The translations under genes and the position numbers were made by a program. From an uncultured Nitrososphaerota archaeon (lineage in GTDB: Archaea > Thermoproteota > Nitrososphaeria > Nitrososphaerales > Gagatemarchaeaceae), in the NCBI GenBank assembly GCA_963838925.1, contig CAWISW010000002.1, forward strand, positions 384,001 to 448,000: a stretch of 64,000 bases of DNA, in the 5' to 3' direction. Of this stretch, positions 46,406-54,495 are shown in pieces. Positions within the stretch are counted from its first letter, which is position 1, and the number at the start of each line of letters is the position of its first letter. The notes below the pieces were generated by a model that made no database searches, had not been told where the DNA came from, and worked only from the letters and a program-made list of their open reading frames with translations.

Positions 46406-47094
46406 AGCTGCCGCATCGTCGCCCAGATCAGCGCGTGGTCCTTGTCGTACGGGCGGAGGTCGATCACCCTCTCCACGGCGAAGCCGGCGTCCCTGAGCTT
46501 CTGCGCCTCCTCCTTGAAGACCAGCGAGGGCTCCTTGAGCTGGTCTATGCTCCTCGCCTTGACGATGAGCAGGAGCATACCGTCCTTCTTCAGGTGCGCC
46601 CTCGCGTTTGTAATCGCGATCTCAGTCTGGTCCCTCTGCGCGATGTCGCAGTAGACCACGTCCATCTTCCCGAACCCGCCGAACCTCTCGGTCTCCCTCG
46701 CGTCGGAGATGAACGGGATGACGTTGGGCCTCGCCTTCGCGACCTTCTCGAGGAACTCCCTCCCCACGCGCGCCGAGAGCTCCACGCCCACAAGGAGCCC
46801 CTCGCTCCCCACGATGTCAGAGACGTGGGAGGCAGTGGTCCCGGTCGATGCGCCGAGGTAGAGCACCTTGTCGCCGCTCCTTATGATGTCGGCTGGAAGC
46901 TCGCCCTTCAGGATCGCCCCGGCGAGCTTGCTCCTGTACGGGTCCCAGCTTCGGTATTCGCTGCCGTGTATCTTCAGGAGGTCCTCGTCATACACCCTGC
47001 TGCCCGGGACGAGGTTTCTTGTAAAAGCGCCTCTCCTTCCCTCCCGGCCGCCTTCCCGCCCCCGGCCTTCCATAACGAGGACGTTGCTGGTCAT
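46402..47094 (-). CDS. flpA: Fibrillarin
   Basis: YRSWDPYRSKLA, VLYLGASTGTTASHVSDI, YCDIAQ, KARSID, PYDKDH. Confidence 0.96.
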   Translation of the reverse strand: MTSNVLVMEGRGREGGREGRRGAFTRNLVPGSRVYDEDLLKIHGSEYRSWDPYRSKLAGAILKGELPADIIRSGDKVLYLGASTGTTASHVSDIVGSEGLLVGVELSARVGREFLEKVAKARPNVIPFISDARETERFGGFGKMDVVYCDIAQRDQTEIAITNARAHLKKDGMLLLIVKARSIDQLKEPSLVFKEEAQKLRDAGFAVERVIDLRPYDKDHALIWATMRQL

Positions 47095-48238
47095 TTCGCC
47101 GGAACTCTCTTCGCTGTTCCGGACGCATCGGCGGTGGCTCCTTATACTTTATCTTGATCTCGGCGAGCCTCTTCTCAAAGAGCCCGGTCAGCTCGCCCGC
47201 CTTCTCGCCCCGGTAGTAGTCGATGCGGGCCGCGATCGCAATCTTGTTCGCCAGCGTCCTTGCGATCTTCCCCCTCTGCCACTTGGGCGCCATGTGCACC
47301 GCCTCGTGCTGGAAGAGTATGCCGTGCTTGGGGGGCCTCGACCCCGTCCTGATCGCCCTGAAGAGGGCCTTCTCAGCCCCCAGGACCTGTATCGTGCTCG
47401 CGGGAAGCCTAGCCATCCTCTCGAGCCCCCCCGCCCTCGCTATGAGCCGCGCCCCGATAGTCGCGCCCGCGACTGCCGTGATGTTGGGCGCGATCTTGTT
47501 CATCGTCGACTCCACCGTCTCGGCCATCTTCTCCCTCTCTGCGGCGGTCTTGACCGCCAGCTCGGCGAGGCCGATGATGCGGCGGATGTCCCTCTCCGAA
47601 ATGGTGCCCCCCTTCGACTTCTCGGCGGCGAGGACTATCGCCTCCGCCTTCTTGTCGCCGAACCCCTGCTTCTCCAGGGACTCTACGTCGAAGGTCCCCC
47701 GCCTCCCTATCTCGATGATCAGCTTCGCAAGCGCGAGGTTGTCCTTGAGGATGTCCTGGAGCTCTGGGAAGTGGAGGCTGTACCACTCCATCGTCCTCTC
47801 GGTCATGATGTTGAGGAATCGGTCGAGCTCGTCGAGAGCCATTATAGCGTTGACGAGGTGGAGGTCCTCCTTCGAGGACGCCTCGCTGACCTCGTGCTCC
47901 GCGGCCGCGATGGCGCTCGCCCTCGCGCTCTCCAGCGCGGTCCCGGCGTCGCTCGCGAACCCGGCCTTGGCGATGAGCTTGAACTTCCTCGCGTCGAGGT
48001 CGTCGCGCTCGTCGTCTGTAGTTATCATCGTCTCGATGCCGAACTCCTCCATCTTCTCCTTAGCGGGGATGCTCGAGACCTTCAGGCGCGAGATGCCCTT
48101 CCTCTTGACCCCTTCCGCGACCCTCTTGAGCCTCTCGTCGCGCGCCTGCCCCTTCTCCGCCCTCTCTGAGACCAGGACGTCGTCACCTTGGACGACTATG
48201 AAACCAGCGTCTGTCTCGTAGAGAATCGGCTCCGGCAA
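46988..48238 (-). CDS. nop5: Nop5 (Nop56/58) C/D RNP protein
   Basis: EWYSLHFPEL, IAPN, GARLIA.AG, PASTIQVLGAEKALF, PKHG, RGKIAR. Confidence 0.95.
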   Translation of the reverse strand: MPEPILYETDAGFIVVQGDDVLVSERAEKGQARDERLKRVAEGVKRKGISRLKVSSIPAKEKMEEFGIETMITTDDERDDLDARKFKLIAKAGFASDAGTALESARASAIAAAEHEVSEASSKEDLHLVNAIMALDELDRFLNIMTERTMEWYSLHFPELQDILKDNLALAKLIIEIGRRGTFDVESLEKQGFGDKKAEAIVLAAEKSKGGTISERDIRRIIGLAELAVKTAAEREKMAETVESTMNKIAPNITAVAGATIGARLIARAGGLERMARLPASTIQVLGAEKALFRAIRTGSRPPKHGILFQHEAVHMAPKWQRGKIARTLANKIAIAARIDYYRGEKAGELTGLFEKRLAEIKIKYKEPPPMRPEQRREFRRNDQQRPRYGRPGAGRRPGGKERRFYKKPRPGQQGV

Positions 48239-48289
48239 GAAAAGTTCGCTTGCTGCGTCGGCGGGGCACGGATAAAGGTTACCGCGTCA

Positions 48290-48751
48290 CTAGTTCGTCA
48301 CGGTCATCGTCACGTTGTTGGAGCGGGCCGTGCTCCCGTCGGCGAAGGTCACCACCGCGTAGACCTGGTTGACGCCCACGTCCGAGGGGTCGGCGGGGCC
48401 GGAGTCGATGACGTACGTGTAGTGCGTTGAGGTCACGTTCCACGCGAGGTCTCCGTAGACGTGGTTCCTGAACACCTGGTGCAGGGAGACGGGGGCGGTA
48501 GAGTTGGGCACGGAGATGGAAAGCAGCAGCTCCTGTCCGAGCGCGTAGGTCGCGTTCGTGACCGGGTTCCCGCTCGGGTCGATCGCCCTCGCCACCACCT
48601 GGACTGAGGAGGCGGTCGACGTGGAATGGTCGGTCGCCTCGACATACATTCCCAGGACCATCGCGCCCCCGATGACGAGGATGAGGATGGCTGCCACCGA
48701 GGACTGTCCGATAGCGCCCCTTGAGTCGAAGAGTTTCAGACTGCCGCTCAA
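48290..48751 (-). CDS. Secreted/pilin-like protein with class III-like signal peptide
   Basis: SRGA|IGQSSVAAILILVIGG; beta-rich C-terminus; TTG start 48751, TATA-like TTTAAG near 48779-48784. Confidence 0.55.
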   Translation of the reverse strand: MSGSLKLFDSRGAIGQSSVAAILILVIGGAMVLGMYVEATDHSTSTASSVQVVARAIDPSGNPVTNATYALGQELLLSISVPNSTAPVSLHQVFRNHVYGDLAWNVTSTHYTYVIDSGPADPSDVGVNQVYAVVTFADGSTARSNNVTMTVTN

Positions 48752-48905
48752 CTCCGGCGTGCCTCCAGCCTGCCCAGCCTTAAATAGCCGCCCTGAGCCC
48801 CTCATCAATACAGGAGTGTAAGGGTACGCCAACACACGGTTGGCCTCGAGGCGATTAACCTCGGCAAAGCCGATGGGCGGCTAAATAGTCTGACTCCCTG
48901 AGCAG

Positions 48906-49544
48906 ATGATGACTCTGAAGAACTGCAGAACTTGCGGTAAGGCTCTCCCCAAGCGCGACTCCCAATTCTGCGACAGAGCATGCTACTCCCAAGCCTACAG
49001 GAATGGGATTATCACGAACCGGGGCTGGTTCAGGAAAGGAATACCCTCTCTCAACAAGGGGAAGACGCTCGAGTCTTGGGTCGGCAAGGAGAGAGCCCGA
49101 GAAATTAGGCACAGGATGTCGGAGAACTCGAAGGGGAAGGCCGGTCAACTCAGGAGGTTGAACGAGGATCCGCGGGTCTTGGGCAAGAGAAGGCTTTCTC
49201 GCAGGTTCCACGAGGCAGTCGTGCAGACCCTCGTCAAGGAGTTTAGAACCTTGGGTTGGAGGTGCTACACTTTGTCAGAGTACGTCAAGGAAGAGAGGAC
49301 ACCGGACGCGATTTTGTTTGACGGAAGGGAGTTAGTAGCTTTGGAGGTCGAAGTGAAGAAGAAGTGGAAGCCCACCGAAGCTTCGATGACTCGGCGGCTA
49401 ACTGATTTGAATGGTTCGTCAAGATTCTTCGATAGGACCAGCGTCGTATTTCCAGATGAGGGACTCGATATGGCCGAGCAGGTCCCCATGCTTGTTGGCG
49501 AGATATTGAATCGCAAAAGATTATATGAGGACTCCCCGAGCTAG
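48906..49544 (+). CDS. Homing-endonuclease-like protein (Zn finger + NUMOD-like motifs + PD-(D/E)xK-type domain)
   Basis: CRTC...FCDRAC; GWFRKG...NKGK and EIRHRMSENSKGK NUMOD3-like motifs; TPDAIL...ALEVE; more AT-rich than flanks. Confidence 0.7.
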   Translation: MMTLKNCRTCGKALPKRDSQFCDRACYSQAYRNGIITNRGWFRKGIPSLNKGKTLESWVGKERAREIRHRMSENSKGKAGQLRRLNEDPRVLGKRRLSRRFHEAVVQTLVKEFRTLGWRCYTLSEYVKEERTPDAILFDGRELVALEVEVKKKWKPTEASMTRRLTDLNGSSRFFDRTSVVFPDEGLDMAEQVPMLVGEILNRKRLYEDSPS

Positions 49545-49568
49545 AAATCGGAGGATTGAAAATACAAC

Positions 49569-49764
49569 ATGCCGACCCACGGGAGTCAGCAGCTAAGAGC
49601 AACTCTTACTGCCTCCAATCACTAAGGCCGGGAAAGTCCGATCGCAAACTCCGAAGATCGAGGGGAAGGTCCACAGAAGCAAGATCCCTAAGGTAAGGAA
49701 CACCCGGACCTACATCAAGAGATTTACTCTAAAGAGAAAACCTGGACAGAATTGGAGACTTTAG
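49569..49764 (+). CDS. rps30e: 30S ribosomal protein eS30, split: join(49569..49587,49619..49764)
   Basis: Spliced product [54 protein letters not shown] (54 aa); absent from the ORF track. Confidence 0.9.
49588..49618 (+). other. 31-nt bulge-helix-bulge pre-mRNA intron
   Basis: Helix GGAG:CTCC, 3-nt bulges TCA and AAT, internal hairpin GCAG-C-TAAGAG-CAA-CTCTTA-CTGC. Confidence 0.82.
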
Positions 49765-51377
49765 ACTCCGATTCTCAAGACGGCAGAGAGGCGGCGGCTA
49801 TCTCCTCGATAGTCGTCTCCATTCTCTCTGGCCAGATTGCCTCACGCCACCAGCTCGAGCAGGCCAAGAAGGAGGCCGCCAAGCGTCACCGCCTCGACAA
49901 GTTCCTCACAAACTCTCAGATCTACCTCGCGCTCACACCGGAAGAGAGGAACGGGAGGAAGGAGATCTTCAGGGTCCACCCGCGAAGGAGCGCATCGGGC
50001 ATAGTGATCGTCACGGTCTTCACCTCTCCCGCGAGCTGCCCGCACGGGACCTGCGTCTATTGCCCGGGAGGGCCCTCCATGGGCACGCCCCAGAGCTACG
50101 TCCCCGACGGCCCGAGCATGCGGGGTGCCAAGGCGGTGGGCTTCGACCCGTTCCTTCAGGCCCAGAAAATGCTGAAGAAGTACCTCGACAGGGGGCACGA
50201 GGCGTCCAAGGTCGAGTTGATGGTCGAGGGCGGGACGTTCCTCGCGATGCCCCGCGACTACCAGAAGTGGTTCATCAAGGGCGCCTTCGACGGGCTGAAC
50301 TGCGCCCCCACCCCGACAGCCTCGCTGGAGCAGGCGCATGCCGCCAACGAGTCCGCCGAGTACAGGTCGGTCGGGCTGACGATCGAGACCAAGCCAGACT
50401 GGTGCCGCCCCGAGCACGTTGACATGCTTCTCTCGTACGGCGTCACAAAGGTGGAGATAGGCGTCCAGGCGCTGAGGGACGAGATACTCGCCAGGAGCAA
50501 CCGGGGCCACACGGTGCAGGACACGGTCGACGCCTTCCAGGCCGCGCGGGACTCCGGCCTGAAGATAGCGGCCCACATGATGCCCGGGCTTCCGGGGTCT
50601 AACCCGGGGGACGACCTAGCCGACCTCCTAAGGCTCTTCGAGGACGAGTCGCTCAGGCCGGACATGATGAAGCTGTACCCGACGACGGTGGTCAGGGGGA
50701 CCGCCCTGGCGAAGATGTGCGAGGCGGGCCTCTACAGGCCCTACGACCTCGAGACCGTCGTGAGACTCATCGCCGAGATGAAGGTCCACGTCCCGAGCTG
50801 GCACAGGATCATGAGAATCCAGCGCGAGATCCCAGAGGCGGACATCACCGCCGGGAGCAGGGCGGGAAACCTCCGGGAGCTGGTCCTGGCGAAGGTGAAG
50901 GAGGACGGGAACTCGTGCGGCTGCATACGGTGCCGGGAGGTGGCCATGGACTCGCCATCAGCGCTCGGGGAGAGCGAGCAGGGAGACCTGGTCATGCGAA
51001 AGCAAGACTACGGGGCCTCAGGGGGGACAGAGGTCTTCGGGACATACGAGTACGAGAAGACGGGGAAGCTCGCCGGGTTCGTCAGGATGAGGTCCCCATC
51101 CGACGTGGCGCACCGGCGTGAGCTGCAGGGCGGAGCGTGCATCGTCAGGGAGCTCAAGGTCTACGGGAGGGTGGTGTCCGTCGGCTCCCACGACGAACAG
51201 GCTTTCCAGCATCGCGGCCTTGGCCACTCCCTCTTGGAGGCGATGGAGCAGGAGGCGCGAGAGGCCTTCGACGCCCGCACCCTCCTCGTGATGAGCGCGG
51301 TCGGGACTAGGAACTATTACCGCAAGTTCGGGTACGAGCGGCTCGGCCCGTACATGGCGAAGCAGCTGCCAGCATAG
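49752..51377 (+). CDS. elp3: Elp3 tRNA U34 carboxymethyltransferase (radical SAM + acetyltransferase)
   Basis: CPHGTCVYCPGG, GGTF, IETKPD, VEIGVQ, HMMPGLPG, RIQREIP, CIRCRE, RELKVYG, QHRGLG; true start may be slightly downstream. Confidence 0.95.
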   Translation: METLDSDSQDGREAAAISSIVVSILSGQIASRHQLEQAKKEAAKRHRLDKFLTNSQIYLALTPEERNGRKEIFRVHPRRSASGIVIVTVFTSPASCPHGTCVYCPGGPSMGTPQSYVPDGPSMRGAKAVGFDPFLQAQKMLKKYLDRGHEASKVELMVEGGTFLAMPRDYQKWFIKGAFDGLNCAPTPTASLEQAHAANESAEYRSVGLTIETKPDWCRPEHVDMLLSYGVTKVEIGVQALRDEILARSNRGHTVQDTVDAFQAARDSGLKIAAHMMPGLPGSNPGDDLADLLRLFEDESLRPDMMKLYPTTVVRGTALAKMCEAGLYRPYDLETVVRLIAEMKVHVPSWHRIMRIQREIPEADITAGSRAGNLRELVLAKVKEDGNSCGCIRCREVAMDSPSALGESEQGDLVMRKQDYGASGGTEVFGTYEYEKTGKLAGFVRMRSPSDVAHRRELQGGACIVRELKVYGRVVSVGSHDEQAFQHRGLGHSLLEAMEQEAREAFDARTLLVMSAVGTRNYYRKFGYERLGPYMAKQLPA

Positions 51378-51413
51378 AGGGGCTAAAAGCGGCGGGCCCC
51401 GACCTCGTGCGCC

Positions 51414-52073
51414 GTGATCATCGGGAACTGCGGCTTCGCCGACGACGCCCTCTACGACCTCGACTCAAACACTTGGGTCCGGCTCAAGGAAGGCGAGCCT
51501 GCCACCGTGGGAATCACCTCGATCTTTGCCTGGCTGGCGGGTTCCGTCACGTCGGTGTCGTTCAAGCCGCCTGGGACGGTGGTGGCGCGGGGCAACGGGC
51601 TCGGATCGGTCGAAGGCCCGAAGCGCTTCGACATCGTCCGGAGTCCCCTCACCTGCAGGGTGGTGAGCGTGAACGAGTCGTTGGTCGGGAGCCCGAGGCC
51701 GCTCAACCACGACCCGTACTCCGCAGGTTGGTTCGCCACGCTCGAGCCTCTCAAGCCGGACGAGCTCTCCCTGCTCGAGCCGCCCGGGGACGCCAAAGAG
51801 GCGCTCCAGAGGAAGATCGCCGAGCTCAGGGTCAGGTGCTTCGCCGAGTTCCCCGACGACGAGATGGTCGAGATCGGGACGGAGTGCTCCGCTGTCCTGG
51901 CGCGCCTCGACGAGCTGCTCTCGCGCTCGCCCAAGGGGTTAGTCGTCCACCTGGTCTCGGACGACCTCTCTTCGGAGGTTGAGATGATGGGGTGGAGCGA
52001 GAGGACCGGGAACCTCCTCCTAGAGAAGAGGAGAGAAGGGAACCTTATCCACTATATCGTGAAGAAGGCCTAG
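51414..52073 (+). CDS. GcvH-like lipoyl-carrier domain fused to a TusA-like domain
   Basis: TWVR...VGIT, GSVEGPK, RSPL, LNHDPY..GW; C-terminal IGTECS...VSDD....E...W...TGN...Y.VKK. Confidence 0.8.
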   Translation: MIIGNCGFADDALYDLDSNTWVRLKEGEPATVGITSIFAWLAGSVTSVSFKPPGTVVARGNGLGSVEGPKRFDIVRSPLTCRVVSVNESLVGSPRPLNHDPYSAGWFATLEPLKPDELSLLEPPGDAKEALQRKIAELRVRCFAEFPDDEMVEIGTECSAVLARLDELLSRSPKGLVVHLVSDDLSSEVEMMGWSERTGNLLLEKRREGNLIHYIVKKA

Positions 52074-52094
52074 CTGCCTAAAGTGAGGGGCTCC

Positions 52095-52949
52095 CTACCT
52101 CTCGACCGGGGTGCCCACGGAGTTGCCCCACTCGGTCCAAGAGCCGTCGTAGTTCTTCACGTTGGGGAACCCTAGCAGGTACTTCAGGACGAACCACGAG
52201 TGCGAGGACCTCTCGCCTATCCTGCAGTAGGTGATCACCTCCTTGTCCGGGGTGACGCCCTTGGGCGCGTAGAGCGCCTCGATGTCCTTCCTCGACTTGA
52301 ACGTCCCGTCCGCGTCGTTGACCGTCTGCGCCCACGGGATGTTCTTCGCTCCGGGGATGTGCCCGCCCCTTTGGGCGTGCTCCGTCGGATACTCGGGGGG
52401 AGCGAGGATCTCTCCGCTGAACTCCTTCGGTCCCCTCACGTCGACAAGAACCTTGTCCCCGAGTTGGAGCGCCTGGAGAACGTAGTCCCTGTAGACTCTC
52501 AGCGAAGGGTCCGGCTTTCCGGGCTTGTAGCTCGTCTTCCCGTATGCCGGGACGTCCTTCGTCACGGGCCTGTCTTCGAGGAGCCACTTCTTCCTTCCGC
52601 CGTTCAGTATCTTGACCTTCTCTACACCGTGGGACTTGAAGACCCAGAACGCGAACGCTGCGAACCAGTTGTTGAAGTCCCCGTAGAGGATGACCCAAGT
52701 GTCAGGGGTGATCCCTGCGTTGCTGAACAGGGCCTCCAGCTGCTCCCTGCTCAAGACGTCCCTCCTCAGGGGGTCGTTGATGTCCTTCTTCCAGTCGAAT
52801 AGGACGGCCCCGGGGATGTGGCCTGTCCCATAGTTCGCCGCCGGGTCGTAGTCTACCTCTGCGATTCTAACGTCGGCATCCTTGTGGTGCTGCAGGACCC
52901 AGTTGGTGTCCACCAGCACGTCGGGGTGCGCGTATTCAGTGACGCTCAT
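52095..52949 (-). CDS. Tandem-domain rhodanese / thiosulfate sulfurtransferase
   Basis: GHIPGA twice, YCRIGERS active-site loop, YDGSWTEWG. Confidence 0.93.
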   Translation of the reverse strand: MSVTEYAHPDVLVDTNWVLQHHKDADVRIAEVDYDPAANYGTGHIPGAVLFDWKKDINDPLRRDVLSREQLEALFSNAGITPDTWVILYGDFNNWFAAFAFWVFKSHGVEKVKILNGGRKKWLLEDRPVTKDVPAYGKTSYKPGKPDPSLRVYRDYVLQALQLGDKVLVDVRGPKEFSGEILAPPEYPTEHAQRGGHIPGAKNIPWAQTVNDADGTFKSRKDIEALYAPKGVTPDKEVITYCRIGERSSHSWFVLKYLLGFPNVKNYDGSWTEWGNSVGTPVER

Positions 52950-53137
52950 ATTATCACATGCGTTATTATTCCCTATATCAAGGGCACTGCCCAAGATATT
53001 CTATTGCGAATCCCACGCTATGGAGCGCCCGTACGACCACGCTCAAGGCCTGGACGAAGAAGGAGATGGCGCGCATCTTCTCGAGCCTGGAAGGCTAGGC
53101 CCTTCATCGAACCCGCTCCTGAAGACCTCAAAGCTTT

Positions 53138-54490
53138 ATGCGGTCTGAGGAGGAACCGGATGGCAGCGACATGCCAGGACTCTCGGGATACCGCGGCCCC
53201 TCCGCGAAGCTACTGGAAGGTGCTGGCGCCAACATAGGGGACGTCCTGGAGGTCAGCACGGGGGGCGAGAGAGTCAGGGGGACGCTCGTCCCGAGGTACG
53301 AGCACGACGACGAGAAGCACATCGTCATCAAGCTGAAGAACGGTTACAACGTCGGCATCTCCGTCGAGAAGATCTCCAAGGTCGAGCGGGTGGCGAAGGG
53401 CGAGGCACCGAAGTTCGTCGCCCCCGCGAAGCTCGCGAACAAGGGCCTACCAGTGGTCTCAATCCTGGGGACGGGCGGGACGATTGCTAGCCGCGTGGAC
53501 TACCGGACCGGAGCGGTCGCACCCGCGACGACGGCCGGAGAGCTCTACTCCCTCTTTCCCGAGCTATCTGAGATAGCCAACATCGCTCCCGAGATCGTCC
53601 TGAGCGTGTACAGCGAGAACCTCGAACCGGGCCACTGGGAGACGATAGCCAAGAAAGCCTCCGAGGTCGTCTCGAAGGGCGTCTCAGGGATAATCCTCAC
53701 GATGGGGACTGACACGATGGGCTACACGGCAGCCGCCCTGAGCTTCGCGCTAAAGGGCATCCCCGTCCCGCTCTTCATCGTGGGGTCGCAGCGCTCCTCC
53801 GACAGGCCTTCCTCCGACGCTTTCCTCAACCTGATCGGCGCGGCGACGATGGCGGTCCAGGCGGACTTCTCGGGGGTCTTCGTGGTCATGCACGCCGACT
53901 CTAGCGACGAAAGGCTCGCCGTCCACATGGGGACGCGCGTGAGGAAGAACCACACAAGCGCGAGGGACGCGTTCGAGTCGATGGGAGTCGAGCCTGTCGG
54001 ATACTGGTCGCGCGACGGGACTCAGGTCACCGCGCGCGAGGCGCCCCCGCCCCGTGGAAAGACAGCCGGGTTCTCAGCGAAGCCGAAGTTCGACCCCCGA
54101 GCGGCCCTCGTGAAGTTCTTCCCGTCGATGTCTAGCGAGTACCTAGGAGCCCTGCTGGGCTCGGGGCTCCGCGGTCTGGTCTTCGAGGGGACGGGACTCG
54201 GGCACATAAACAGCAAGAACCTCGAGGTGGTGGAGAAGTTTATCGCAGGCGGAGGGGTCGTCTGCATGACGTCTCAGTGCCTGTGGGGGAGGGTGGACAT
54301 GAACGTCTACGACACGGGGAGGGACCTTCTCAAGGCCGGCGTGGTCCCCCTCGAGGACATGCTCCCTGAGACGGCCATCGCGAAGCTCATGTGGGCGCTG
54401 GGCAACTTCAAGACCGCCGAGGAGGTCAAGGCCGTCATGCAGGAGAACCTCACCGGCGAGACGACAGGCAGGTCCACGCAGAGGAGGTAG
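53138..54490 (+). CDS. gatD: Glu-tRNA(Gln) amidotransferase subunit D
   Basis: KLKNGYNVG, TGGTIASRVDYRTG, GTDTM, GSQRSSDRPSSD, GTGLGH. Confidence 0.96.
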   Translation: MRSEEEPDGSDMPGLSGYRGPSAKLLEGAGANIGDVLEVSTGGERVRGTLVPRYEHDDEKHIVIKLKNGYNVGISVEKISKVERVAKGEAPKFVAPAKLANKGLPVVSILGTGGTIASRVDYRTGAVAPATTAGELYSLFPELSEIANIAPEIVLSVYSENLEPGHWETIAKKASEVVSKGVSGIILTMGTDTMGYTAAALSFALKGIPVPLFIVGSQRSSDRPSSDAFLNLIGAATMAVQADFSGVFVVMHADSSDERLAVHMGTRVRKNHTSARDAFESMGVEPVGYWSRDGTQVTAREAPPPRGKTAGFSAKPKFDPRAALVKFFPSMSSEYLGALLGSGLRGLVFEGTGLGHINSKNLEVVEKFIAGGGVVCMTSQCLWGRVDMNVYDTGRDLLKAGVVPLEDMLPETAIAKLMWALGNFKTAEEVKAVMQENLTGETTGRSTQRR

Positions 54491-54495
54491 GCGCC

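Noticed and set aside
48890-48918. C/D box sRNA (CTGA...ATGATGA..CTGA) near nop5/fibrillarin
   Set aside because: Box spacing leaves no guide regions, and ATGATGA is explained by the tandem Met codons of the nuclease ORF
48841-49618. One large BHB intron enclosing the nuclease ORF
   Set aside because: I could not build a 3-4-3 BHB joining the upstream PTHG relic to exon 2; only the 31-nt intron satisfies the rule
49569-49764. rps30e as a simple frameshifted pseudogene
   Set aside because: Exon 2 is intact, and the insert forms a BHB whose rule-based removal restores the conserved Leu codon exactly
53021-53098. Possible remnant of a GYD-domain gene (RTTTLKAWTKKEMARIFSSLEG)
   Set aside because: Too short, lacks a start, and resemblance is from memory only; needs a profile search
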